This document shows, one piece after another, positions 36,596 to 45,684 of a DNA stretch of 47,733 nt; position 1 is the first letter of the stretch, and the number at the start of each line of letters is the position of its first letter. The notes beneath the pieces are model-generated. The model was not told the origin of the DNA. It did not search any database and was given only the letters and a program-made list of their open reading frames with translations. This DNA comes from an uncultured Chthoniobacterales bacterium (lineage in GTDB: Bacteria > Verrucomicrobiota > Verrucomicrobiia > Chthoniobacterales > CAKUMP01). A program made the position numbers and the translations under genes. Where the stretch lies: NCBI GenBank assembly GCA_934667795.1, contig CAKUMP010000001.1, positions 1 to 47,733 on the forward strand. Direction: 5' to 3'.

Positions 36596-37966
36596 ATGGC
36601 GAAAGTTTTTATAAAGACATACGGGTGTCAGATGAATGAGCGGGATTCTGAACAGGTTCTGCAAATGATGCTGGAGAACGGGCATGAGGTGACTGCGCGA
36701 GAAGAGGACGCAGATGTGATTCTATTGAACACTTGTAGTGTGCGGGATATGGCGGAGCAGAAAGCCATTGGGAAGATGGGGATGTTGTCGAAATACAAGA
36801 AGAAACGTCCGGAAATGGTCTTTGGTTTTCTGGGGTGTATGGCGCAGAGCCGGGGGTCAGAACTGGTGGAGGATCTGTCGCAAGTGGATCTGGTGGTAGG
36901 GACGCAAAAGTTTCATAAAGTGGCGGGGTATGTGGATGAATTGCTGGCAAAGAAGCTGGCGCCGGGGATGGATGATTTACGGGAGTCGATTGAACCGATT
37001 GTGGATGTGGGAGAAGAATCGGGCTCGCAAGGGACGATTCGGGATCACATTTTGAAGAAAAAGCAGGCGACCGCATTTGTGTCGATTATGCAAGGGTGCA
37101 ATATGCATTGTACGTTTTGTATTGTGCCATACACGCGTGGGTCTGAGCGTGGGCGGTCGATTGACGATATTGTGAGCGAAGTGCGCGGCCTGGTGGAGCA
37201 GGGAGTGAAAGAAGTCACGCTTTTGGGGCAGATAGTGAATCTGTATGGGCGTCATGAAATCCCGAAAAAGGACGGGAAGAGTGCATTTGTGCAATTACTG
37301 GAAGCCGTGAATGCGGTGGATGGGCTGGAGCGTCTTCGGTTTACGTCTCCGCACCCGATGGGGTTCCGGGATGATCTGGTCAGAGCGTATGGAGAAATTC
37401 CTAAACTGGTGGAACACATTCATTTGCCACTGCAGTCGGGCTCGGACCGGATCCTGAAAGCCATGCATCGGCCATATACCGCAGAGAAATTTCGGACATT
37501 GGTCACGAAGCTGCGGGCAGCGCAGCCGAAAATTGCGATCACCACGGATGTGATTGTCGGGTTTCCGGGAGAAACGGAAGAAGATTACCAGGCGACCAGA
37601 CGGTTGGTCGAAGAAGTCGAATTTGATAATGCCTTTGTTTTTCGTTATTCCAAACGGAGGAATACGCCGGCTGCAGAAATGAACGGGCAATTGTCCGAAG
37701 AAGTCAAAGAAGCGAGGAATCAGGATTTGCTACAGGTCGTCAATGCGGCAGCGCAGCGGAAGACGGAAGCGCTGGTGGGGGGACGGGTAGAAATTTTATG
37801 TGAAGGGCCATCGAAAACCAATGAGGAGCGGTTAACCGGGCGGACACGGACAAATAAAATTGTCGTTTTCGAAGGGGAGGAACGTCATGTGGGGGAAATA
37901 TTTGATGTTTATGTAGAGAAAGCCAGTCCGTTTACTTTATACGGAAATGTAGCGATTCTGGGGTGA
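36596..37966 (+). CDS. miaB: tRNA (N6-isopentenyl adenosine(37)-C2)-methylthiotransferase MiaB
   Basis: Has an UPF0004 N-terminal domain (IKTYGCQMNERDSE), a radical SAM CxxxCxxC motif (GCNMHCTFCIVPYTRG) and a TRAM C-terminus. Confidence 0.9.
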   Translation: MAKVFIKTYGCQMNERDSEQVLQMMLENGHEVTAREEDADVILLNTCSVRDMAEQKAIGKMGMLSKYKKKRPEMVFGFLGCMAQSRGSELVEDLSQVDLVVGTQKFHKVAGYVDELLAKKLAPGMDDLRESIEPIVDVGEESGSQGTIRDHILKKKQATAFVSIMQGCNMHCTFCIVPYTRGSERGRSIDDIVSEVRGLVEQGVKEVTLLGQIVNLYGRHEIPKKDGKSAFVQLLEAVNAVDGLERLRFTSPHPMGFRDDLVRAYGEIPKLVEHIHLPLQSGSDRILKAMHRPYTAEKFRTLVTKLRAAQPKIAITTDVIVGFPGETEEDYQATRRLVEEVEFDNAFVFRYSKRRNTPAAEMNGQLSEEVKEARNQDLLQVVNAAAQRKTEALVGGRVEILCEGPSKTNEERLTGRTRTNKIVVFEGEERHVGEIFDVYVEKASPFTLYGNVAILG

Positions 37967-38020
37967 TGGATGAAAATTCGCGCTCGTAATTTCGTGAAGA
38001 AAAACTAGGATGCAGCGATT

Positions 38021-38572
38021 ATGTATGATTTTGAATTGAAATGGGTGGGGATCGTCGTGGGGGTCATTTTGCTGGTGGGGCATATTCTGGCATTTGTGAA
38101 GCGGGAAGCAACGATGGAGCTTCTGCGTGGGTTTGCGCGGTCGGTGTTGTGGGGGAGGGTTTTATCCTTTCTTGCTGCGGGCTGGGCATTCTGGATGGTG
38201 ATCACCATGGATCTTGGTGAGTTTGCGCATTTGAGAAAACTGTTGATTTTCGGGGTGCCGCTGGGGTGGATTTTAGCGATTAAATTTGTCGATGAATTTC
38301 TGTCGGTGCGTGCGTTAGGGATATTATTATTGCTGGCAGCGTGTCCGGTGCTGGATGCCGCGTTTTTGCGTCCTGAAACTTCGCGATTGCTGTTGGTTGT
38401 GCTTGCGTATGCATGGATTATCAAGGGGTTGTTCTGGGTCGGGATGCCCTTTTTGTTTCGGGATCAGGTAAACTGGCTGTTGCGGGATGGAGATATGAAA
38501 TTCCGGGCGGCATGTGTCGCCGGAGTGGTTTACAGCGGCCTGATTCTGGTGTGTGCACTGGCATTTTATTAA
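38021..38572 (+). CDS. Hypothetical membrane protein (183 aa)
   Basis: About 5 hydrophobic segments. No family was recognised. Confidence 0.55.
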   Translation: MYDFELKWVGIVVGVILLVGHILAFVKREATMELLRGFARSVLWGRVLSFLAAGWAFWMVITMDLGEFAHLRKLLIFGVPLGWILAIKFVDEFLSVRALGILLLLAACPVLDAAFLRPETSRLLLVVLAYAWIIKGLFWVGMPFLFRDQVNWLLRDGDMKFRAACVAGVVYSGLILVCALAFY

Positions 38573-38601
38573 TTTACAATCACTGAAACCTGGAGAAAAC
38601 G

Positions 38602-39396
38602 ATGTATTCTTTTCGATCTGTTTATTTTGACCGACCGATTCAAAGCGGGCGCGTACTGGATATTTTTCAACCGGATCGGGGGTCGGTGCCGAAGCAGAAT
38701 GTGGCATTGTTTTTTGTCCATGGCGGTGGGTGGCGTGGCGGAAGCCGGACGGTATTTCATTTGATCATGGAGGATTTTGTAAACCGTGGATATGTTTGTG
38801 GAAGTACGGACTATCGGTTGTCAGGGGTGCATCTTCCGGAGCAAATGACGGATATTCGTTGTGGGTATCAGCTTTTTCAGCAGGAGTTGCGTGCGATGGG
38901 TGAGGATGTGCCGATTGTGGTATTTGGGTCGTCTGCGGGTGCGCATCTGGCGGGATTATTGGGGATTGCGCAGCCGGGAGAAGTGGGAGATGCGGAATTA
39001 CCTGACTGGCAGGGGCCGGTGGCAGTGATTAACCAGGCGTTTCCTACCCGTTTTCACCCCTGGGAAGATATGTTCCCGCCCATCGTGGCGTCCATGCAGA
39101 GCATTGCCGGCGTGGCACTGGATAGTGGAGATCCTCGCATCGGAAAATATTCTCCTGTGGATTATATCAAAGCGACCAGTCCGGCATTTTTGTTAATAGA
39201 AGCCGGCGATGAACACATGTTTCGCCTGGAACATTCCAGGGAGTTTTGTCAAAAACTGACAGAAGTCGGCGTCCGCGCAGAACTCGAAGTCATACCGGAT
39301 TGTGAGCATGGGTTTTATTATGCGCTGACACGGAAGTGCCAGCAGGCAGCACATCAACGCATATTACAGTTCCTGGAAGATTTAGGAGTGCGGTGA
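38602..39396 (+). CDS. Alpha/beta hydrolase (esterase/lipase-like)
   Basis: Has an oxyanion motif (FFVHGGGWRGGS), a nucleophile elbow (GSSAGAHL) and a C-terminal CEHGF. Confidence 0.75.
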   Translation: MYSFRSVYFDRPIQSGRVLDIFQPDRGSVPKQNVALFFVHGGGWRGGSRTVFHLIMEDFVNRGYVCGSTDYRLSGVHLPEQMTDIRCGYQLFQQELRAMGEDVPIVVFGSSAGAHLAGLLGIAQPGEVGDAELPDWQGPVAVINQAFPTRFHPWEDMFPPIVASMQSIAGVALDSGDPRIGKYSPVDYIKATSPAFLLIEAGDEHMFRLEHSREFCQKLTEVGVRAELEVIPDCEHGFYYALTRKCQQAAHQRILQFLEDLGVR

Positions 39397-39507
39397 CACG
39401 TCACCGCTTTGAACGGGGCGACATGTCGCCCAGATTCACGTTAGCCGACGGGGACGTCGGCGTGCCCAGCAAGAAGGTCTGCCGACGGGGACGTCGGCGC
39501 TCCCAGG
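39392..39507. repeat. Cluster of four GC-rich palindromic hairpins (REP-like) between convergent genes
   Basis: The hairpins are GGTGACACGTCACC (39392-39405), GGGCGACATGTCGCCC (39416-39431), and GCCGACGGGGACGTCGGC twice (39444-39461 and 39481-39498). Confidence 0.85.
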
Positions 39508-39511
39508 CCTA

Positions 39512-40695
39512 TTACTGAGAAACGATTTCGTTGAGTTTGAAGATGGGAAGGAAGAGGGCGATGACGATCCCCCCGATGATGACCCCAAGGACGACGATCA
39601 GAAGGGGTTCGATCAAGGAGGTCAGTGCGTCCAGAGTGGCTTCGATTTCTTCATCCCAGAAATCAGACATTTTTTCGAGCATTTCATCGATTTTCCCTGT
39701 GGATTCCCCTGCAGAGACCATTCGAACCATCATGGGCGGGAAGATTTTTTCTTTGGAAAGCGAGGTGGCAAGGTGATCCCCTTTTTCGACATCGGCAGCA
39801 ACGCGCCGGATGGCATATTCTACCTGGGTATTTCCAGAAGTTTCCGCGACAATATCCATCACTTCAAGAATAGGAACCCCGCTTCGAATCAATTGGGCAA
39901 AGGTTCGACCAAATCGAGTCATGGCAATTTTATGAACCAAAGGCCCCGCAATCGGGAATTTTAATTTATATTTGTCCCAGATATCACGCCCGTTTTTGGT
40001 TTTGACAAACATCTGGAAGGCATACCAGGCAATTACGGCAAAAATGATAATGACCCACCAGTAAGCCCGAGAAAAGTCGCTGACATTCATCAGAATTTGT
40101 GTCGGCGTGGGGAGGTCGGCGTCGAAATCTGCAAAAATTCCTGCGAAAACCGGGACGACTTTTACCATCAGGAATCCGGTAATAGCGACTGCGAGGAAAA
40201 GGACGACGACCGGGTAGGTCATGGCAGACTTTACTTTTTTGCGGAGACGGGCGCTGGCTTCAAGGAAGCTGGCGAGACGGCTGAGAATTTCTGCGAGAAG
40301 CCCGCCCGATTCCCCGGCACGCACCATGGAAACATAAAGTCGGGAAAAGACAGCGGGCTGTTTAGCAAGTGCCTCCGCAAAGGATTCCCCTGACTGGTCT
40401 GAAGGTTTTTTTGCTTTCTGGGGTCTGCTTGCTCATAAAGGGCAGTCAGCCCTGTGAGAAGCGGGAGTCCGGCTTCTACCATGGTGGCAAGTTGTCGCGT
40501 AAACACCACAAGATCAGATTCAGGGACTTTGACCGTGCGTTTGCGTCCGGCACGGCCTGTTTTTTCCTGAATGGAAATGACCATTAACCCTTTCGACATC
40601 AACATGTTAATGGCATTTTCCTGATTGATAGCCTCGGTAATTCCAGAAATGGTTTTTCCTGCGGTGTCTCTGGCCTGGTAAGCGAATGTCATCAT
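39512..40695 (-). pseudogene. Type II secretion / type IV pilus platform protein (GspF/PilC family) interrupted by a frameshift in an A7 homopolymer
   Basis: The N-terminal ORF (40695-40231) matches GspF up to ...ALYEQADPRKQK. The C-terminal ORF continues in another frame as KKPSDQSGESFAEALAKQPAVFSRLYVSMVRAGESGG. The shift is at the T7 run on the plus strand, 40406-40412. Confidence 0.75.
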
Positions 40696-40761
40696 ATGCG
40701 TGTACGTATCTCGTTAGACTTATAGCAGAGACTATGCCACGACGCTAGAAATAACTCGGAA

Positions 40762-40861
40762 CCACAGAAACCACAGAGGACCTGTTTTATTTAAAATAAT
40801 ATGAGATAGGCTATTGCGAAGACGCCATTCTGTGGTTAAAAAGACTCTGTGGTTTCTGTGG
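40762..40861. repeat. Perfect 17-nt inverted repeat (CCACAGAAACCACAGAG / CTCTGTGGTTTCTGTGG) enclosing 66 nt
   Basis: Arms are at 40762-40778 and 40845-40861. The left arm is a 2-copy 9-mer (AACCACAGA). The right arm contains the GTG start of the M23 gene. Confidence 0.85.
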
Positions 40862-41598
40862 ATAAAAAAGAGTTTAAGCTTTGGCGGCATCAGTTGGGGT
40901 GTCTGGCGTGGATATTGGGAGTGATTGGGATTGTGTTGGTGGTAGTGTGGTATGGGGTGAAATTGCGTCGGATCACCCAGGCGGAGCGTGCGGGGAGGAG
41001 TCTGGCCTTGCTGGTGACGCCTGCGTCTCAGAAAATTTTGATTCCTGAAGCGGATGGGTTTGATTACCCGATGGGGACGAGGGCAGGAGGGATGATTTAT
41101 AATGCGCGAGGGTTTGGGGATCGGCATCATCTGGGGGCGGATTTTAATGGGGTGGGGGGAAAAGATACGGATTTAGGGGACTTGGTGTATGCGAGTGGAC
41201 ATGGGTTGGTGTTATTTGCGGGAGAGGGTGGATTGCATTGGGGTGGGGTGGTGTTGCTGGAGCATCGATTGAAAGGGGGGAAGACGCTGCAGACGCTATA
41301 CGGACATTTGGATGAAATCCGGGTAAAACCAGGCGAAATCGTGCTCCGGGGGCAGGAACTGGGGACCGTTGGCAATGTCGGTGGGCGCTATTATGCGCAT
41401 TTACATTTTGAAGTCAGAGAACATATTGGCATTTTTATAGGACCCGGGTACCGGAAAGAACCCGTGGGGTGGCTCGATCCGGAAGAATTTTTACAAAATA
41501 ACCCAGGAGGAAGGAAGATATGGGAGTGGATCGTATTATCATCTGCCCGCGAGGAGGCGGATGTGGTCCATGGAAGGAACAGAAGACAGCGAAGGTAA
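40849..41598 (+). CDS. M23 family metallopeptidase with an N-terminal membrane anchor
   Basis: Motifs seen: HLGADFNG, GHGLVLFAG, LYGHL, AHLHFEVRE. The start is uncertain: GTG at 40849 or TTG at 40894. Confidence 0.8.
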   Translation: MVSVDKKEFKLWRHQLGCLAWILGVIGIVLVVVWYGVKLRRITQAERAGRSLALLVTPASQKILIPEADGFDYPMGTRAGGMIYNARGFGDRHHLGADFNGVGGKDTDLGDLVYASGHGLVLFAGEGGLHWGGVVLLEHRLKGGKTLQTLYGHLDEIRVKPGEIVLRGQELGTVGNVGGRYYAHLHFEVREHIGIFIGPGYRKEPVGWLDPEEFLQNNPGGRKIWEWIVLSSAREEADVVHGRNRRQRR

Positions 41599-41888
41599 GA
41601 AAATTTTTATGAAAAAAGTCTCGAAAAAAAAGCCCGCCAGAGAGCTACGGCAAAGAAGAGGCGGGTACCGTTGCTGCATTCCTGCCCTGGCGGGGTTAAC
41701 CGATCTTCAGTCCATAGTCCCTGACGGAACGGGTATTTAAGCCTAAAATCGGAAGAAATCCAAAGATTTTTTTAATAAAATGCACTTTCGGCTGGATTCT
41801 TCTTAAAAAATTGGTTGTTGTGCAGGGAGTAAATCGGTTATAGAGAAATGTTTTAAGAGAGAAACACTCCACCCCTGAAAGAAGCTTT

Positions 41889-42248
41889 ATGGCAAAACTG
41901 TTAATGGTAGTTACATCGGTCCTAGTCGTTGCGACAGGTATTTTGGGATTCATGACCAAGAGTAAGGTCACTGGACTCCAGGAAAAATTAAACACAACGG
42001 AAACGAGTCTGACGGCGGCACAGCGCCAGGTAGAAACGGTGACGGAAGAAAAAGATTCGGCCACGAAGCTGGCAGAGGAAGCCACCGCAGCACGTGAAGA
42101 AGCTGAAAAGAAGGCAACTCAAGCTGCCGTAGAATTACAGCAGGCAAATTCCAAGGTGGCAGGCATTGAAAAAGAAGTGGCAGATGCGAAGGCAAAGATT
42201 GCTGAGTTAGAAAAGCAGGCTGCAGAAGCGGTCACGACTCCTGTATAA
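41889..42248 (+). CDS. Membrane-anchored coiled-coil protein (N-terminal half of a possibly split gene)
   Basis: Has an N-terminal TM segment followed by an Ala/Glu/Lys-rich coiled coil. It is in the same reading frame as 42273-42659. Confidence 0.55.
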   Translation: MAKLLMVVTSVLVVATGILGFMTKSKVTGLQEKLNTTETSLTAAQRQVETVTEEKDSATKLAEEATAAREEAEKKATQAAVELQQANSKVAGIEKEVADAKAKIAELEKQAAEAVTTPV

Positions 42249-42272
42249 GATACGGGCGGCGAAAAAACAGCA

Positions 42273-42659
42273 TTGGAAGCAAAAGTAAAAGAACTGGAAG
42301 CATCGCTGGAAGCAGCTCAGGAAGAAGCAAAAGTTCTGACCGCCAAGGTCGAATCAGAACGTAAAGTTGCGGATGAATTGAGAGCATCGGAAGAGCGCCG
42401 TGTAGCCGGTCTGATGACCAAAGGACTAGAAGGCAAAATCCAGGCGTATAATCCGGCATGGAATTTTGTTGTGATCAGCTTGGGCGATCGCCAGGGCGTG
42501 GTGAACGGAGCAGAATTTGTGGTCAAGCGGGGAGCGAATGCAGTAGGTCGGATTAAGGTGACCTCTGTTGAGCCATCCTCTTCCATTGCGGATGTATTGC
42601 CAAGCTCGATCCCGAGTGGAGAGCAGATTCGTCCCGGGGATACGATTATTGTCCCTTAA
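42273..42659 (+). CDS. Coiled-coil plus C-terminal beta-rich domain protein (possible continuation of 41889-42248)
   Basis: TTG start. It is in frame with the upstream ORF across a single TAA (42246-42248), and the intervening codons (DTGGEKTA) are open. Confidence 0.5.
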   Translation: MEAKVKELEASLEAAQEEAKVLTAKVESERKVADELRASEERRVAGLMTKGLEGKIQAYNPAWNFVVISLGDRQGVVNGAEFVVKRGANAVGRIKVTSVEPSSSIADVLPSSIPSGEQIRPGDTIIVP

Positions 42660-42730
42660 CGGGGAGTTAATCTGTGTGAATTATGCTTCAGCCCGTCATT
42701 TCCGATAAGGGATGACGGGCTGAACAAAAC

Positions 42731-42958
42731 ATGCTAGGTTCGGGTATGACTGGGAAAAATCGTAATTATCGTTGGGCATTGGTGCTGGGAGTTTTGGTTA
42801 TGAGCGGTGTGAGTATGAGTTGCAGTACGACTGATACGAATGCGGAACCTGCGACCCCGGCGAGTCAGGATGTGAGTGCGATCCCGTGGAATCGTCCGGA
42901 AAGCTGGGAAGGTCAGGGGATGATGCCGGGATTCATGGGGTATAGTGGAACCCGCTAA
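42731..42958 (+). CDS. Small putative lipoprotein (75 aa)
   Basis: Has a signal peptide with a lipobox-like VSMSC. Confidence 0.5.
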   Translation: MLGSGMTGKNRNYRWALVLGVLVMSGVSMSCSTTDTNAEPATPASQDVSAIPWNRPESWEGQGMMPGFMGYSGTR

Positions 42959-42966
42959 TCGGCGGT

Positions 42967-43902
42967 ATGGCAAAAATTCTGGTTATTCGTGGAGGAGCAA
43001 TTGGGGACTTTGTGGTCACATTGCCTGCGATTGGATTGCTTCGGGAAGCCTTTCCAGATGTGGAAGTGGATATTTTAGGGTATCCTTCGATTATTGCATT
43101 GGCGGAAAACCGCTATTACGCCCGCCGAACACGTGGGATTGAATATGCCGGGATGGCAAAATTTTTTATTCCTGGCGGAGAGTTGCCGGAAGACCTGGTG
43201 GCGTATTTTTCACAATACCAGCAGGTTATCAGTTACATTTTTGATCCGGATCAGTTTTTTGCAAACAACCTGAAAGAAGCAGGGGTAAAGAATCTGATCT
43301 CTGCCTCGCCCAAAATCCTGGACGAAGAACATGCTGCGTACCAGTTGGCGCGTCCGTTGCAGTCACTTGCCTTGTATCTGGAAGAGCCAGGGGCAAAACT
43401 TTTTCCCCGAAAAGAAGATTTTCAAGAGGCAGTCCGGTTGATTTCCGGAAATGAAGAGCCGTATATGGCGATTCATCCTGGAAGTGGAGGGGAGAAAAAG
43501 AACTGGCCCTTGGAGTCCTGGGTGGAGTGGGTGAAGGGGTGGGGGCTGCGTTACGGAAAGCAATATCGCCTGTTGGTGGTGGGTGGTGAAGCAGACGCAG
43601 AGCGGATAAAAGTTCTGGAAGCGGTTTTGGGAGAAACGGGAGTGCGTTTTCAGGTGTTGCGGAGTGTTCCATTGCCTCTGTTGGCTGCGATTTTGGCGCG
43701 AGGGACGGCTTTTCTTGGGCATGACAGTGGGATTTCCCATATTGCAGCAGCAAGTGGAGTTCCGAGCGTTTTGATGTTTGGCCCTACGAATCCGGATGTA
43801 TGGGCGCCCCAAAATAAAAATGTGCGCGTATTAAGCCATCCCTCCGGTCAGGTGCGTTTTACAGTGAAACAAGTGGATGCCGCACTCGAGGAGTTTTTGT
43901 AA
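42967..43902 (+). CDS. Glycosyltransferase family 9 (heptosyltransferase-like)
   Basis: Motifs seen: KILVIRGGAIGDFVVTLPAIGLLREAFP and GHDSGISHIAAASGVPSVLMFGPTNP. Confidence 0.8.
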   Translation: MAKILVIRGGAIGDFVVTLPAIGLLREAFPDVEVDILGYPSIIALAENRYYARRTRGIEYAGMAKFFIPGGELPEDLVAYFSQYQQVISYIFDPDQFFANNLKEAGVKNLISASPKILDEEHAAYQLARPLQSLALYLEEPGAKLFPRKEDFQEAVRLISGNEEPYMAIHPGSGGEKKNWPLESWVEWVKGWGLRYGKQYRLLVVGGEADAERIKVLEAVLGETGVRFQVLRSVPLPLLAAILARGTAFLGHDSGISHIAAASGVPSVLMFGPTNPDVWAPQNKNVRVLSHPSGQVRFTVKQVDAALEEFL

Positions 43903-44019
43903 AAGATTATTTTCCTTAAAAAACGATTTAGGCTTTTCTGAATAAAAATAATGGATATAAGTGAAAGTTTGTTTTCTGGACGAATTGGACGAAGCTAAGA
44001 AACAGATTTCATATAGAAC

Positions 44020-44625
44020 ATGCGATATAAGACGATTTTAATATTTGGAGCACCTGGGAGTGGAAAAGGAACCCAGGGGGTAGCGCTTGGTAAGATCCCG
44101 GGTTTTTATCATTGTGCGTGTGGAGATGTGTTTCGCTCGCTGGATACGCGAACCGAGCTCGGAAAGAAATTTCTCGAATATAGCAGTAAAGGGTTGCTGG
44201 TGCCGGATGAAGTGACGGTGGAATTGTGGAAAGTCACGATCGAAAGCAATGTGAATGCCCATTTGTTTGCGCCTGAGGAGGATTATCTGGTGCTGGACGG
44301 AATCCCGCGCAATGTGGAGCAGGCAAAGATCATGAGTGGATTAATCGACGTGGTTCATGTGTTTCATCTGAGCTGTCCGGATCGGGAGCAACTGGTAGAA
44401 CGCTTGAAAAAGCGCGCGCTGAAAGATAATCGTCTGGATGACGCGAATGAGGAAGTGATCCGCAACCGGTTATTGACTTACGAAAAGGAATCCAAGCCGG
44501 TGCTGGATTATTATGGCGATGAACTGGTGTCGTGGATTGACGCCGCGCAGCGACCTGTCAAGGTGATGCACGATCTGTTGTCAAAAATCCTGCATTTCAA
44601 CGGGTTTGGGGAGCAGGAGAGTTAA
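44020..44625 (+). CDS. adk: Adenylate kinase
   Basis: Has a P-loop (IFGAPGSGKGTQG), LLVPDEV and LDGIPRNVEQA. It is the short-lid form. Confidence 0.85.
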   Translation: MRYKTILIFGAPGSGKGTQGVALGKIPGFYHCACGDVFRSLDTRTELGKKFLEYSSKGLLVPDEVTVELWKVTIESNVNAHLFAPEEDYLVLDGIPRNVEQAKIMSGLIDVVHVFHLSCPDREQLVERLKKRALKDNRLDDANEEVIRNRLLTYEKESKPVLDYYGDELVSWIDAAQRPVKVMHDLLSKILHFNGFGEQES

Positions 44626-44669
44626 AGAAGAAAGCGAGCAAAGAAGCAAAGACGCAGAATCAGGAAATT

Positions 44670-45638
44670 GTGGGGCAGGAACCGATCAGAGTGGTATTTT
44701 TGGGAACCGGCGATATTGCCATTCCGGCATTTCGTGCGCTGCTGGCAGATGAACGGGTCAAAATGCTGGGACTGGTCACACAGCCGGATCGTCCTTCAGG
44801 GCGGCGCCAGGAATTGACTGCGCCGGAAATCAAGCGTGTGGCGGAAGCCGCAGGTGTTCCGGTATTCCAGCCAGAACGTTTGCGCCTGAAGGAAAATCGG
44901 GAACAATTGGAGCAGTGGGAGGCAGATGTGGCGGTGGTGATGGCGTACGGGCAGATTCTAAGCGAACGCGTGTTAGCCTGGCCTAAGCGTTGGGGCTGTA
45001 TAAATCTGCATGCGTCGTTGTTGCCGAAGTTTCGGGGAGCAGCGCCTATTCATGCGGCGATACTGGCTGGGGAGCAGGAGACCGGGATAACGGTCATGTA
45101 TATGGATAAAGGGGTGGATACAGGAGATATTTTGTTGCAGAAAACGATTTCCATAGGGGAAAGAGAAACGACCGGAAAATTGCATGATCGGTTGGCGCTC
45201 ACTGCGGCGGAAGCGTGTATGGAAGCATTAGATGCACTCAGAGCGGGCGAGGCCGCACGGGTACCACAAGACCATGCGAAGGCCAGTCATTGCGGGAAGT
45301 TGACGCGTGAAGATGGCCAGGTGAACTGGAATGAGCCAGCGGAAGGGGTTGATCGGCGTGTACGGGCTATGAATCCCTGGCCGGCAGCCTTTACGATTTT
45401 TTTTCAGAATGAACGGATGACCAGATTAAAGGTTTATACCGGCGAGGTCGTTGCGGGAGTAAAAGGAAATCCTGGGGAAGTGGTTGGATTGGAAGGGGAT
45501 GGGATGATGGTCGCTTGTGGGAAAAATGGCTATTGCCTGCAGGAAGTCCAGCCGGAAGGCAAGCGTGTGATGACCGCGGCAGAGTTTGCCAGAGGAAGAA
45601 AAATAGAGTTGGGATGGCAATTCCATCAGGATTTATAA
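44670..45638 (+). CDS. fmt: Methionyl-tRNA formyltransferase
   Basis: Motifs seen: VVFLGTGDIAIPAF, CINLHASLLPKFRGAAPI, TGITVMYMDKGVDTGDIL. GTG start. Confidence 0.88.
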   Translation: MGQEPIRVVFLGTGDIAIPAFRALLADERVKMLGLVTQPDRPSGRRQELTAPEIKRVAEAAGVPVFQPERLRLKENREQLEQWEADVAVVMAYGQILSERVLAWPKRWGCINLHASLLPKFRGAAPIHAAILAGEQETGITVMYMDKGVDTGDILLQKTISIGERETTGKLHDRLALTAAEACMEALDALRAGEAARVPQDHAKASHCGKLTREDGQVNWNEPAEGVDRRVRAMNPWPAAFTIFFQNERMTRLKVYTGEVVAGVKGNPGEVVGLEGDGMMVACGKNGYCLQEVQPEGKRVMTAAEFARGRKIELGWQFHQDL

Positions 45639-45684
45639 GATTGCGATTTTCAAACGCGATAAAATTGCTAAACTATTTCACAAT

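Noticed and set aside
41624-41665. Hairpin CCCGCC-N21-GGCGGG with a T8 tract on the minus strand as a terminator or sRNA 3' end
   Set aside because: The 21-nt loop is too large for a typical intrinsic terminator, and no minus-strand gene lies upstream. The only candidate ORF (41696-42085) is antisense to the coiled-coil gene and is not protein-like.
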